This document shows positions 46,715-55,365 of a stretch of DNA of 64,000 bases, piece after piece. The notes beneath the pieces were generated by a model. The model was given only the letters and a program-made list of their open reading frames with translations, was not told where the DNA came from and made no database searches. The position numbers and the translations under genes were made by a program. Origin of the DNA: a virus. Numbering within the stretch: position 1 is the stretch's first letter; every line of letters begins with the position of its first letter. Where the stretch lies: the IMG/VR virus record IMGVR_UViG_3300042922_000295, positions 20,498 to 84,497 of that record; one strand, given 5' to 3'.

Positions 46715-47728
46715 TCAGGAGATCGTCGCCTTGCCCGTCTTGAGCGACGCCGTGAGGATCGGCGTACCCGGGTCGGGGCGGAGGGCGCGACCCTCGATGT
46801 CGTTCTCGAGGATGTCGTCGCCGGACGCCTCGTACGAGAACGGGTTCATCACGAAGTTCGGGATGTCGAGGTCGATCGAGTACTTCGTGAGCGGGGTCGA
46901 CGCGGGGATGTCCTCGTAGGTCGACGCCGTGATCTTGAGCGGCGCCTTGACCGTCGTTCCCTGCGGGGCCGTGGCCGACGCCGCACCGTAGACCGCCTGG
47001 CGCCACAGCTGGCCGTTGGCGTGACGGATGTTGAACGAGGTCGTGATCTCACGGGACTTCGGCGTGAGGTCCCCGAGGTAGAACGACCCGAGACGGAAGT
47101 CGTCGTCCTCGAAGTTGTTGTTGATGTCGAGGCTGAACGACTTCGCCGGGAGGGCCAGCGAGTTGAACAGCACCTGGATGTTGGTGCCGACGATCATCGG
47201 CGTGTTGTCCCAGAGCGGCGTGTCGGTCTTGACGACACCCGCGATCTGGCGCGCACCGATGAGGCCGACCGTGCCCTGGAGGTAGCCATTGGCGTCCGCC
47301 TCGATGTGGAGGGTGTTGATGACGACGTCCGTGTAGTTGTACGCCTCCAGGCCGTTGCCGATCACCTCCTCCACCGAGAAGAACGGAAGCTGGGCCGCGT
47401 CCGAGGGCGTGATGCCGTGGGTCGTGACGCCGCTCGCCGTGACGGGAGCAGCCGCCGTGCCGAGCACCCCGTAGAGGAGCGTGGCGAAGGCGTCGAGACG
47501 GCAGTAGAAGTCGAAGTCGCCCGACCACGAGACGGCACCGAGGTAGGCGTCGGCGGTGTCACGACCGCCGCCGATCTCGGGGTCCGGGACGAGCAGCTCG
47601 CGATTGGTTCCGAACGAGCCGGAGCGGAGCTTGATCGCCACGCCCTCGGTGCCGGTGTCCGGGTCGAAGACCCCCGGAGTGGCCTGCTGCTTCAGGATCA
47701 GCTGGCCTGCCTGGGACGAGTATCCCAT
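46715..47728 (-). CDS. Major tail (tube) protein
   Basis: Position, 337 aa, beta-rich, strong codon bias. Confidence 0.85.
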   Translation of the reverse strand: MGYSSQAGQLILKQQATPGVFDPDTGTEGVAIKLRSGSFGTNRELLVPDPEIGGGRDTADAYLGAVSWSGDFDFYCRLDAFATLLYGVLGTAAAPVTASGVTTHGITPSDAAQLPFFSVEEVIGNGLEAYNYTDVVINTLHIEADANGYLQGTVGLIGARQIAGVVKTDTPLWDNTPMIVGTNIQVLFNSLALPAKSFSLDINNNFEDDDFRLGSFYLGDLTPKSREITTSFNIRHANGQLWRQAVYGAASATAPQGTTVKAPLKITASTYEDIPASTPLTKYSIDLDIPNFVMNPFSYEASGDDILENDIEGRALRPDPGTPILTASLKTGKATIS

Positions 47729-47730
47729 GT

Positions 47731-48102
47731 TCAGTTCTCCTTCGTGGTGTCGGCCTTACCGGCACCCTTGGCCGGGGTCGGCGGGGCGGGGGGCGGCGTC
47801 GGCTCGTCGGCCTTGGCCTCGGTGTTCGGGTCGCCCACGACCTGCGCGTTGCCCGCACCGGCGTTGAAGGCGTCCGGCTCGGTCGCGACACCGGCGGACT
47901 CCGCCTGGTGCTTGGTCGCCGCCTTCTCGGCGTCGAGCTCGCGCTGCAGGCGCTCGATCTCCGCGTCGACGACCTCGCCCTGCGTCTCGCGCTCCTTCTC
48001 GGCCACGATGCTGGCGCGCTTGGCTCGCTCGTCCAGGATCGCCTGCTGGAGGTCGGCAGCCTTCTGGCGCTTCTCCTGCAGCTGGTCTTCGGTCAGTGCC
48101 AT
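47731..48102 (-). CDS. Hypothetical coiled-coil protein
   Basis: Coupled gene in the structural operon. Confidence 0.8.
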   Translation of the reverse strand: MALTEDQLQEKRQKAADLQQAILDERAKRASIVAEKERETQGEVVDAEIERLQRELDAEKAATKHQAESAGVATEPDAFNAGAGNAQVVGDPNTEAKADEPTPPPAPPTPAKGAGKADTTKEN

Positions 48103-48623
48103 CAGACTGTCTCCGTCTCGATCATGAGTTCCATGGTAGCCAGGTACAGAAAACTACCACTGATCTCGTTGCTCATGTAGCGCTGGGTAGGAATCCAACG
48201 CCGCTGCATGCGCTCCGTGATGCCGTTCTTTGTGACGCTAAGTCCGGCCAACGATACACCGAGGACGGGGTCGACCAAAAGCATGTCCCGGACCATCTTC
48301 GCGAACACGGAGTGCTTGTTCAGTCCTTCGATCTGGCCACCATGTGTGACCGAGCACTGGACTGAAACCATGTACCTCTGAAGGGTGGGGAACGACGGTG
48401 CGCCCCCCAGGGTCTGCCCGCCGAGCGCCCCACCGTTGAACTCGAAGGAACGCTCGTCGGGAGTCCAGAACGAAGCGAACACCCCAAGCGATACACGCGG
48501 GTCCGTCTTGCGGAGCGGCCGCATGAAGGGGTAGACCTCTTCGTCCAGGTTCCCGTCCGTGATGTGGTCGAAGATCGCCTTCACCACGTTGTTCGGAAAG
48601 ATAGGAGTGTTCTCGTCGATCAT
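48102..48623 (-). CDS. Putative tail terminator
   Basis: Size and position before the tail tube gene. Confidence 0.6.
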   Translation of the reverse strand: MIDENTPIFPNNVVKAIFDHITDGNLDEEVYPFMRPLRKTDPRVSLGVFASFWTPDERSFEFNGGALGGQTLGGAPSFPTLQRYMVSVQCSVTHGGQIEGLNKHSVFAKMVRDMLLVDPVLGVSLAGLSVTKNGITERMQRRWIPTQRYMSNEISGSFLYLATMELMIETETV

Positions 48624-49123
48624 CGGGTCATCTCCACAGCGGTGAAGTAGCCGGAGACGAGGAGGAGGACAGCCGCCAAGTCCTGCTCGTTCATGCCGAC
48701 CACGGGGCGGGCAGCATGAGCGTCGACACCCGTCTGGGCGACCTCCATCTTGTGCTGCAGTTCCCCACTAGCCTTGCGGCCCGGGGCAATCATGCTGGCA
48801 CCACCGGCAATCGGAGCGATGAGGCTCCGCTCGCCTGTGATGTACTCCTCCAGGTCGCCCGTACGGCGGTTGATCGGGTGCTCGCCGCCGAAGCCCTTCT
48901 CCTCACGGATGCGGACAGTGGCGGGCGAGAGTGGCTCCCACCGCCCCGTCACGTCGTCACCCTCCTGAGCGAAGCGCGCCGATGCCCTCCCTCGGATGTA
49001 GGGATCGATCGACGCGCCCATGAAGATCGCGAGTGCCTCGGGGCTCGTTGCCGTGTCGAGTCGCCTCAGCGTTTCCTCGATGGTGTCGGCCTGGATTGCA
49101 AAGTCGACTGCGAGGTGGATCAT
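48620..49123 (-). CDS. Virion morphogenesis / tail-completion protein (Mu gpG-like)
   Basis: RF..EG....WEPLSPAT...RRTGDL...ARP..G. Confidence 0.75.
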   Translation of the reverse strand: MIHLAVDFAIQADTIEETLRRLDTATSPEALAIFMGASIDPYIRGRASARFAQEGDDVTGRWEPLSPATVRIREEKGFGGEHPINRRTGDLEEYITGERSLIAPIAGGASMIAPGRKASGELQHKMEVAQTGVDAHAARPVVGMNEQDLAAVLLLVSGYFTAVEMTR

Positions 49124-49124
49124 G

Positions 49125-49637
49125 TTATCCGCCTGCCGGTCGGTACTGGTATGGGTACGGGCTGGGGTAGGGCTGCCCGGGGTACGTCGGCGTGGTCGCT
49201 CGGGAGTAGAAAGCCTCGACCGAGGACTCTGCGTCGACGTTGAAGATCAGGGGACCGTTCGGCTCGGGGTTCTCGTTGTCGACACGAGGAGCCCCCTCCA
49301 GGATGAGCTCACCGGAGGCAACCTTCTTGAGGAGCTCCAGTCCCTGGTTGAGCAGGTAGCGGCCATAGGCGTGAGTGCGGTTGTCCTCGGAACCGGCCGA
49401 CAGGGCCAGGAGGGTGCGACCGCTGCTGATGTAGACACTGATGCGCTTGAGGAGGAGGCGAGCAGGACGAACCACCGTCGAGGTGGCCTCGTCGATGTTC
49501 ACCGGCGTCTCGTAGAGGAAGCCGATGGCAGCGTCGATCTCGTCAGCGGCAGCCACGAGAATCTTCTCCTGGCCGATGTAGTCAGGGATGATGATGTCCC
49601 CGATCTCCATGTCGCTGACTTCGCTGTACGGTGCCAT
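49125..49637 (-). CDS. Head-to-tail adaptor (Mu gp36-like)
   Basis: Y....D...AADEIDAAIG..Y..P; L..LKKVASGEL.L. Confidence 0.75.
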   Translation of the reverse strand: MAPYSEVSDMEIGDIIIPDYIGQEKILVAAADEIDAAIGFLYETPVNIDEATSTVVRPARLLLKRISVYISSGRTLLALSAGSEDNRTHAYGRYLLNQGLELLKKVASGELILEGAPRVDNENPEPNGPLIFNVDAESSVEAFYSRATTPTYPGQPYPSPYPYQYRPAGG

Positions 49638-49674
49638 GCTCGCCTCCTCCTCTAGCAGTGCGTGACGCGGAGCG

Positions 49675-49986
49675 TCACTTGGTGGTGCCGGTGGCCTTCG
49701 CCGGGGTGGCGGGCGCCTTCGGCGTGGTGCCGCCGTCGCCCTTGTCCTCGCCCTTGCCGTCGTCCTCGGAGGACTTCTCCTCGTCCTCCGAGTCGTCGGC
49801 GGGCACGACGACCGCGTGCGACTTGCCCTTCTGGACCTTCGACTTGGTCTCGCCGTAGTACGGCGCGTCCGTGTCGTTGGCGAAGTTCTGGTAGATCGGG
49901 TCGACGCCCGCGAAGCCGTCGGAGTTCACCGGCGAGTCCTCGGGGTTGACGACCTCGACGTCCTGGGGCACGTACTTGGGGGCCAT
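49675..49986 (-). CDS. Hypothetical protein, 103 aa
   Basis: AAGGAG RBS; follows the capsid gene. Confidence 0.8.
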   Translation of the reverse strand: MAPKYVPQDVEVVNPEDSPVNSDGFAGVDPIYQNFANDTDAPYYGETKSKVQKGKSHAVVVPADDSEDEEKSSEDDGKGEDKGDGGTTPKAPATPAKATGTTK

Positions 49987-50014
49987 GCTGTTTCTCCTTA
50001 TCTGCCAGGCAGTC

Positions 50015-50046
50015 CTGTGGGGCGCCGGTTACCCGACGCCCCACAG
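50015..50046 (-). terminator. Inverted repeat after the capsid gene
   Basis: CTGTGGGGCG / CGCCCCACAG. Confidence 0.55.
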
Positions 50047-50062
50047 ATGACGGACTCGACCG

Positions 50063-51217
50063 TCAGAGGACGTCGAGAACGGCGGTGTACTCCATGTAGG
50101 GGAACACCGGGAAGGCCTTGATGCCGGAGCCGCGCACGTGGCCCCACGGGTCCTTCGTCTCGTCCTCCCACTCGTAGAAGCCGCTCGACCAGTTGCCCTC
50201 GGGGTGGGGCGCGGTGAGCGTCTTCGCGAAGCCGATCTGGGTGTCGTCGATCTCACCCAGGTCGCCCTCGGAGGGGAGGAGGATGACCTTGTCGTCCGCG
50301 ATGAAGCGGTTGAGCGTGTACGACGTGGAGCCGATGGCCCGCGTCTGGTACGCCCCCTCGTAGATCGTGAACGAGATGCCGGTGGCCTGCTCCACGATGC
50401 GGAGCGCGCCCTCGGGCGTGTAGCCCGACAGGCCCAGGTAGTTCGGGTCCAGCGGGACGTTCGGCGTGCCGCCGAGGATGGGCATGCCCAGCGCGGCCAG
50501 GAACTTGGGGGACCGCCAGAGCTTGTCCACCGCCTTCTGGCTGATGAGGCCCCGCGTCGGGCGGACGCCCCGGCGCTCGTACAGCAGGTCCGAGACGACC
50601 TTGAGGTCCCCGATGGGGTCCATGGCCTCGGCGTTCGTCGCCGGGTCCCAGAGGCCCGAGGTCGGGGCCATGTCCTGCTGGTCGGCGGGACGGCCGTAGT
50701 CCACGGTCCACTTGATCTTGCCGTCGTTGTAGACGATCTTGCTGGTGGCGAGCGCCTGCGTGATGAGCCACTCGATCCGGTTGTCGAGCTTGCGCTTCCG
50801 CGACCGGTCGTCGCGGGCGAGCTTCGACTGGAACTCCTGGACCTGACGGCCCGTGTAGTTCAGGTTGAGCGGGACGTTCGCGCCCTGCGCCGCCTGGAGG
50901 ACCATGAGGTCCTCGCGGTAGCGGGTGACGTCGGACGCCGTGTACCGGGTCTTGAGCGACCAGTCCACGACGGCCGCACGGCCGGACCCGTAGAGCAGCT
51001 CGTCCTTCTGGGCGAGCTCGGCCTCGGCGTCCTCGGCGCGGGCAGGGGCGAGGCCGTCCTGGAGGCCGCCCTTGATGTAGTCGAAGATGACGTCGTCCGT
51101 GGGGACGTCCAGGAAGGGTGCCACCTGCAGGCCGATGTACTGCTCCGGCGGCTGGAGGTCGCGGATCGCCCCGAGGGCGGTCTCCTTGCGGACCAGACGG
51201 TCGATGCTGGTTCCCAT
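50063..51217 (-). CDS. Major capsid protein (lambda gpE-like family)
   Basis: Position, 384 aa, RIEW...QAL..., VDYG.P and DPIGDL motifs. Confidence 0.9.
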   Translation of the reverse strand: MGTSIDRLVRKETALGAIRDLQPPEQYIGLQVAPFLDVPTDDVIFDYIKGGLQDGLAPARAEDAEAELAQKDELLYGSGRAAVVDWSLKTRYTASDVTRYREDLMVLQAAQGANVPLNLNYTGRQVQEFQSKLARDDRSRKRKLDNRIEWLITQALATSKIVYNDGKIKWTVDYGRPADQQDMAPTSGLWDPATNAEAMDPIGDLKVVSDLLYERRGVRPTRGLISQKAVDKLWRSPKFLAALGMPILGGTPNVPLDPNYLGLSGYTPEGALRIVEQATGISFTIYEGAYQTRAIGSTSYTLNRFIADDKVILLPSEGDLGEIDDTQIGFAKTLTAPHPEGNWSSGFYEWEDETKDPWGHVRGSGIKAFPVFPYMEYTAVLDVL

Positions 51218-51266
51218 GTCTTGTTTCGCTCCTTGTCAGGCGATGTTCGGGGTGACGTGCCTGAAC

Positions 51267-51755
51267 TCAGGCGAAGTTGATGTCGAGGCGCTTGCCGCCC
51301 CGCATCGCGTCGGCGGTCGTGTTGGTGAGCACGACCTCGGCGCCGGAGGCGTTGAGCTCGGTGCACCACGCCTGGACGGCCGTGCAGTTGGTGACCACGG
51401 CGACCTCGACGTCGCGCTCCATGAGCTGCCACGGGAGGAACGTCTCCTCCAGGCCGACGATGTTCGCCAGGGTCTGGCGCCCGTCCGTGGCCTGCGCGGA
51501 GAACGGGCCGATCTTGCCGACGTCGGCAGCCGTGGACGTGCCCGCCGCCGAGGTGATCTTCGCCATGACGGTGCCCGGCTGGAGGATCTTCGTCGTGGAC
51601 GTCGACCCGTCACCGTTGGTGACGGTGCGCTCCGGGACGCTGGTCTTCGCGACCGTGTACGACTCGGTCTGCGGCTTGGGGTTGGTGGAGCGGAGGAACT
51701 CCCGCTTGCCGAACGGCGTGCTGGCGGTTCCGCCGCCCTTCACGAAGGTGCTCAT
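51267..51755 (-). CDS. Head decoration protein
   Basis: Between protease and capsid; GTVMAKIT...A.DG.Q motif. Confidence 0.8.
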   Translation of the reverse strand: MSTFVKGGGTASTPFGKREFLRSTNPKPQTESYTVAKTSVPERTVTNGDGSTSTTKILQPGTVMAKITSAAGTSTAADVGKIGPFSAQATDGRQTLANIVGLEETFLPWQLMERDVEVAVVTNCTAVQAWCTELNASGAEVVLTNTTADAMRGGKRLDINFA

Positions 51756-51798
51756 GAGGTCTCTTTCTCCTCGTCAGGGGTGGGTGATGGTGTTGGTG

Positions 51799-53232
51799 TC
51801 ACTCAGCGGGCTTGGGCTTCAGCTCCGGGTGCTCGGCGTACAGCGCCTGGAGCTTCTGGTAGGAGTTGGTCTCGAACAGCTCCTTGTCCTTCATCCCGCT
51901 GTTGCGGTGGTGCTGGATGATCTCCTGCAGCGCGGTGACCTGTGCCTGCGTCGAGCTCACGGCGCCGGACTCACCACCGCCCCCCGAAGGAGCGTGCGTG
52001 GCGAGCAGCGGCAGCGGCTGGGCGGCCTCCCAGGACGCCTTCCACTGCGTGAACTGCTCGTCCGTCAGCGACGCGGCGAAGGCCTGGAGGCCCTCGGTCT
52101 GCGACGCCACGATCTTGTTGTCGGAGGCGAGGCTGTCGACGAAGGCCTTGCGGCCCGAGCTCTTCGACTCCTTGGCGAACGTCTCCAGGACGCTCACGTG
52201 CGCCGCGACGGCCGGGGGCACCTCGTGGCGCACCCCGTTGATGATGATGAAGTTCGCCGCGTTCTGGACGTCGGCGGGGGCGACCTCGGCGGGCGCCACC
52301 TCCTCGGCCGGAGCCTCGGGCGCCTCCTCCTCCTTGGCGGGGACGGGGGCGACCTCCTCCTCGGCAGGCGCCACGACCGGCTCCTCCTTGGCGGGCTCCG
52401 TCTCGGTGTTCTGGATGATGGGGACCACGGAGGCCTCCTCCTTGCTGAGTCGGTTCAGAACGGACTGCTGGATGAGCTTGGGCGAGGGCGCCTGCGCACG
52501 GCCAGCGTGGTTGAAGATCGACAGGTCCCAGCGGTCCTCCCAGAACGAGTACTCGTCCTCGGCGTCGGGCGTCTTGTCGTCCTCCGGCTTCGGCGGCGTC
52601 GCCGTCTTGGTGCTGGTCTTGTCGGCCAGCCCAGCCTCGACAGCCTCGGTCGGGCTGTACCAGGCCTCCTCCTTCATGATGCCACGCCACACGGCAGCCT
52701 TGCCACCGGCGCGTGCCGCGTAGATGTCCGCGATGTTGTTGGAGAGGAGGTCGAGGATGTCGGCGGTCTTGCGCATGCCGTCCGCGTTGTCCCAGGCCAT
52801 GCCGCTCGCGTCGTGGATCATCATGACGCTGCCCTTGAGCATGATGATCTCGTCACCCGCCTGGGCGATGAACGACGCAGCCGACGCAGCCAGTCCGTCG
52901 ACGTACACCGTGACGTTGGCCTTGTGCGAGGCGAGGGTGTTGTAGATGGCGACGCCGTCGAACACCGACCCGCCCGGGGAGTTGAGGTGCAGGTTGATCT
53001 GCGTCACGTCGAGGTCGCGCACGCGGTCCGAGAACCGCTGCGCCGAAGTGCCCCAGACGCCGATCTCGTTGTAGATGTAGATGTCGGCGGTGTTGGTGTC
53101 CGCCTTGTTCTCGATCGAGAACCATTCCGCCTTGTTCTCCGCCTCTCGCTGCACGGCCTTGGGCGCGAGAGACGCGTCCCGGAGGTGCTGCGCCAGCGGG
53201 ATCAGCGGCGGTGTGATGTGAGAACGCTTCAT
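51799..53232 (-). CDS. ClpP-type capsid maturation protease fused to scaffold
   Basis: LNSPGGSVFDG, LAASAASFI (Ser), MIHDA (His), EAVEAGLAD; acidic, helical C-terminus. Confidence 0.93.
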   Translation of the reverse strand: MKRSHITPPLIPLAQHLRDASLAPKAVQREAENKAEWFSIENKADTNTADIYIYNEIGVWGTSAQRFSDRVRDLDVTQINLHLNSPGGSVFDGVAIYNTLASHKANVTVYVDGLAASAASFIAQAGDEIIMLKGSVMMIHDASGMAWDNADGMRKTADILDLLSNNIADIYAARAGGKAAVWRGIMKEEAWYSPTEAVEAGLADKTSTKTATPPKPEDDKTPDAEDEYSFWEDRWDLSIFNHAGRAQAPSPKLIQQSVLNRLSKEEASVVPIIQNTETEPAKEEPVVAPAEEEVAPVPAKEEEAPEAPAEEVAPAEVAPADVQNAANFIIINGVRHEVPPAVAAHVSVLETFAKESKSSGRKAFVDSLASDNKIVASQTEGLQAFAASLTDEQFTQWKASWEAAQPLPLLATHAPSGGGGESGAVSSTQAQVTALQEIIQHHRNSGMKDKELFETNSYQKLQALYAEHPELKPKPAE

Positions 53233-53241
53233 GATTGGCTC

Positions 53242-53271
53242 ACCCTACGGGTTGGGTCGCGCCGGGCGCAA
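53242..53271 (-). promoter_or_regulatory. Putative late promoter
   Basis: TTGCGC-18 nt-TAGGGT, 9 nt before the protease ATG; same -35 and spacing as 58678-58707. Confidence 0.6.
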
Positions 53272-53556
53272 CGGAAGGGATGGTGTGGTGTTGGCGTCGA
53301 GCACTATCGGAGGCGAGGTCTCCTCCAACAGCACCTTGCTAGGGGAGCGCATCACGACGGAATGCCAACGAAGGCATTCGCGACAGTGAAGCCGAACCTC
53401 CCCCTCTGTCACGACGACCTCGCCGAAGATGCGATCCTGCTTGAACACCTTCACGTGGACGTAACGCCGCCCCTTCTCGTCCAGCCCGTAGGTGGCGAGA
53501 AGGGGCTTGCGTCCGCAGAAGCAGCGCAGCTCGTGACTGCTACGCCTGGAGGGCAC
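53245..53556 (-). CDS. Small zinc-ribbon protein
   Basis: ELRCFCGRKPLL...LHCRECLRWH; GAGGT RBS and GTG start. Confidence 0.75.
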   Translation of the reverse strand: MPSRRSSHELRCFCGRKPLLATYGLDEKGRRYVHVKVFKQDRIFGEVVVTEGEVRLHCRECLRWHSVVMRSPSKVLLEETSPPIVLDANTTPSLPLRPARPNP

Positions 53557-55237
53557 TATCCACCTCGGATTCCAGCTTGCTCTCCAGCATGTTGAGGAAG
53601 CCATCGGCGCCGACCTCGGAGCCGTGCTCCAGGATGAGGTTGATCCAGTTGTCCAACCGCTCGTACATCTCGTGCGTCGAGGCGAAAGCCTCCGACACGC
53701 CGTCCTCTTCGAGGGCGGTCTCCATGCGGCGCTTGTAGCCCATCGAGATGTCGAGGTTCTTGTCGAAGATTCCGTTGCGCTCGGCGTTCTCGACCTGAGG
53801 CCGAACCCGCGCCACGATCTCCTTTACCACGGCGCGGGCCGACGGCGACCGGCGACGGACCTTCACCCGGGCGGTGCCGCCGCCGTCGTCCTCGGGGTCC
53901 TCCTGCGCCGGGTCGTCCCCGGCGTCATCGTCTCCGGGCTTGGCAGGCGGCTTGGCGGTGTCCCGGACCTCCTTGAGCGTCATGCCGACGTGCGTCCCGA
54001 GCTCCTCCAGGTCGACCGTGGCCTGGTTGCCGTTGACCAGTGCGGTCACGAGCGACGCCATCAGCTCGGAGTTGGTGTTGCCCATCTTGCGGTACTTGAT
54101 CTTCGCTCGGGGCGCGTTGGGGCCGAAGTTGTAGTCGACCATCTTCGACAGGAGGTACTTGTCGATGTAGACCTTGCGGTCGTCGTTCATCGCATTGAGC
54201 ATCCACAGGTAGACCTGCATGTGCCCGACGCCGAGGTTGTACGAGCCGACGTCAGCCGTACGCATGAGGAGGATCGGCGTGAACAGGCCAATCGAGATCT
54301 CTTCGTCCAGTCGGGTGAGGTAGCGCTCGAAGTCCGCGCCACGCATCTGCGACTCGAGGTACTCGATCTCGTAGTCGAAGTCGGGCTGCGTCTCGTTGGC
54401 GTACGGCGTCTTGTCGTTGGGCAGCACCACGACGGACCGGTTGCGCAGGTCGCGCAGCAGGTCGAGCATGTACATGTTGCCCTTGACCGTCTTGCCGTCG
54501 ACGTCGATCACGTCATCGAACGGCGCACGACCGATGGGGACCGGCTCGCCGAAGCGCTCGTAGTAGCGGTTGGCGAACAGGTGGACGAGGATGCTGAAGA
54601 ACCACGACTGGAAGGCGGGCCGAAGAAGCTTGCGCCCGTAGTAGTCGCCATTCTCCATGAGCAGCGGATACCAGAGGCTGTTCTCGACCGGGATCGGCCA
54701 CTGCATGCCGAACTGCTTGATGCCGTCGTACTTCTTGAACGTGGGGGGCGTCCGCTCGGGCGGAGCCCAGCCCTTTTCGTCCTTCCAGTTGACGACGCAC
54801 TCCTCGGGGATCAGGTCCTTGACCTTGTCGAGGACGACACGACTGCCCTCGTTATCCCACTCCAGAGCGCCGGGCGAGAAACCAGCCCAGTTCGCCTGCG
54901 CGAGTGTGCGGTTGAGCATGGTCCAGTTGTTCCTGATCTGCTCGTCGCAGAAGTCACGAATCTTCTTGTCCTCGCACTCGATCGTGAAGTCCGACTGGTG
55001 CTGCATGAACGACAGCACGTTGAGCGAGGCGTTGACCTGGTAGTGGTCACGCATGCTGCGGAAGTCCGCCAGCGTGAGCTTGGAGAGGTCGAACTGAACG
55101 ATGCCACCGCCGGGCATCTGCATGAACTCGACGTCGCGACCAGCCCAGTGTCCGAAGGCGTTCCCCGTCTTGGGAGGAGCCGACTTCTTGTTTTCTGGAA
55201 CGATGATCGGTCGGCCCTTGGAATCCAGGAGGGGCAC
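53540..55237 (-). CDS. Portal protein (Mu gp29/DUF935-like)
   Basis: Follows the terminase; YG..LLR...W, ERFG.P.P.G, GSY.LG..H. Confidence 0.88.
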   Translation of the reverse strand: MPLLDSKGRPIIVPENKKSAPPKTGNAFGHWAGRDVEFMQMPGGGIVQFDLSKLTLADFRSMRDHYQVNASLNVLSFMQHQSDFTIECEDKKIRDFCDEQIRNNWTMLNRTLAQANWAGFSPGALEWDNEGSRVVLDKVKDLIPEECVVNWKDEKGWAPPERTPPTFKKYDGIKQFGMQWPIPVENSLWYPLLMENGDYYGRKLLRPAFQSWFFSILVHLFANRYYERFGEPVPIGRAPFDDVIDVDGKTVKGNMYMLDLLRDLRNRSVVVLPNDKTPYANETQPDFDYEIEYLESQMRGADFERYLTRLDEEISIGLFTPILLMRTADVGSYNLGVGHMQVYLWMLNAMNDDRKVYIDKYLLSKMVDYNFGPNAPRAKIKYRKMGNTNSELMASLVTALVNGNQATVDLEELGTHVGMTLKEVRDTAKPPAKPGDDDAGDDPAQEDPEDDGGGTARVKVRRRSPSARAVVKEIVARVRPQVENAERNGIFDKNLDISMGYKRRMETALEEDGVSEAFASTHEMYERLDNWINLILEHGSEVGADGFLNMLESKLESEVDSALQA

Positions 55238-55365
55238 TGTCTCACCATCTTTCGTCAGGCAAATCCCGTCACCGTCCTCGACGGTAGGGCAGTTGCTCTG
55301 GCGAACTATACGCGAACGGCCCGCGCCAAGGGAACCCATAGCGCGGGCCGTTCGTTTCCGGAGTG

